A DNA stretch of 64,000 nucleotides from an uncultured Holophagales bacterium. Its GTDB lineage: Bacteria; Acidobacteriota; Thermoanaerobaculia; Multivoradales; UBA5704. A program made the translations under genes and the position numbers. Shown in pieces: positions 63,694-64,000 of this stretch (its first letter is position 1; each line of letters starts with the position of its first letter). The stretch spans positions 544,001 through 608,000 of the forward strand of contig CAWJGT010000009.1 in assembly GCA_963842525.1 (NCBI GenBank), read 5' to 3'. The notes under the pieces were generated by a model. The model searched no databases and had not been told where the DNA came from. It saw only the letters and a program-made list of their open reading frames with translations.

Positions 63694-64000
63694 TCATGCC
63701 GTCTTGTTGGGCTGCACGGCGGTGCGCCGGTGGGCACCGGCGGCGACCTCCGGCTCGGGCTGGGCTTCCTCCGCCGGCGTCTCATCCAAAGCGGCCGTGG
63801 GCTGATCGTGATCGGTGCCCGGGATGGGCCGCGGGCTCACGACCGCTTCGGGGACCTCATGGCCGCCGATGACCAGGCCCTCGCCCGGCGGGGCCGGCCG
63901 CGTTGGGGCGGGCTCGTGGCCGGTCATGTCCCGGATGATCTGGTAGACCTCTTCGCCGTCCAGCGACTCGCGCTCCAGCAGGTCCTGGGCGACGCGGTCG
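63694..64000 (-). CDS. ftsH: C-terminal end of ATP-dependent zinc metalloprotease FtsH (truncated by the window edge)
   Basis: DRVAQDLLERESLDGEEV matches the FtsH C-terminal helix; ftsH-folP synteny. Confidence 0.75.
   Translation of the reverse strand, partial: DRVAQDLLERESLDGEEVYQIIRDMTGHEPAPTRPAPPGEGLVIGGHEVPEAVVSPRPIPGTDHDQPTAALDETPAEEAQPEPEVAAGAHRRTAVQPNKTA

Overview
High-GC bacterial chromosomal window. Gene content (Oar-type TonB-dependent receptor, carboxypeptidase-regulatory-like repeat proteins, many TPR regulators, sdhCAB, ftsH-folP-cdaA-cdaR-glmM) suggests an Acidobacteriota, possibly Thermoanaerobaculia-like, genome; this is inference only. About 15 single-base frameshifts, several in housekeeping genes (sdhA, rfbB, uppP, glmM), most likely reflect long-read assembly errors. 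Housekeeping blocks alternate with accessory patches: a RAYT with REPINs, TIR-TIR, Fic and Phd-VapC toxin-antitoxin modules, a CHAT-ATPase-HNH Septu-like locus and a VQR-motif effector-like gene. Two candidate peptide-signalling systems stand out. (1) At 41993-47158, a ComQXP-like cassette: two paralogous 61/67-aa WIPW peptides flank a ComQ-like prenyltransferase, ahead of a PDZ/multi-TM hybrid histidine kinase and next to a REC-EAL gene. (2) At 33030-37422 and 57195-58966, HTH-TPR and zinc-finger-TPR regulators are paired with secreted precursors carrying repeated D-x5-DP[SDN]G cores, and the two precursor genes share an upstream DNA motif. Also seen: a probable ~67-nt sRNA with an anti-Shine-Dalgarno tract, three intergenic repeat arrays with roughly helical-turn periodicity, and many apparently leaderless genes.
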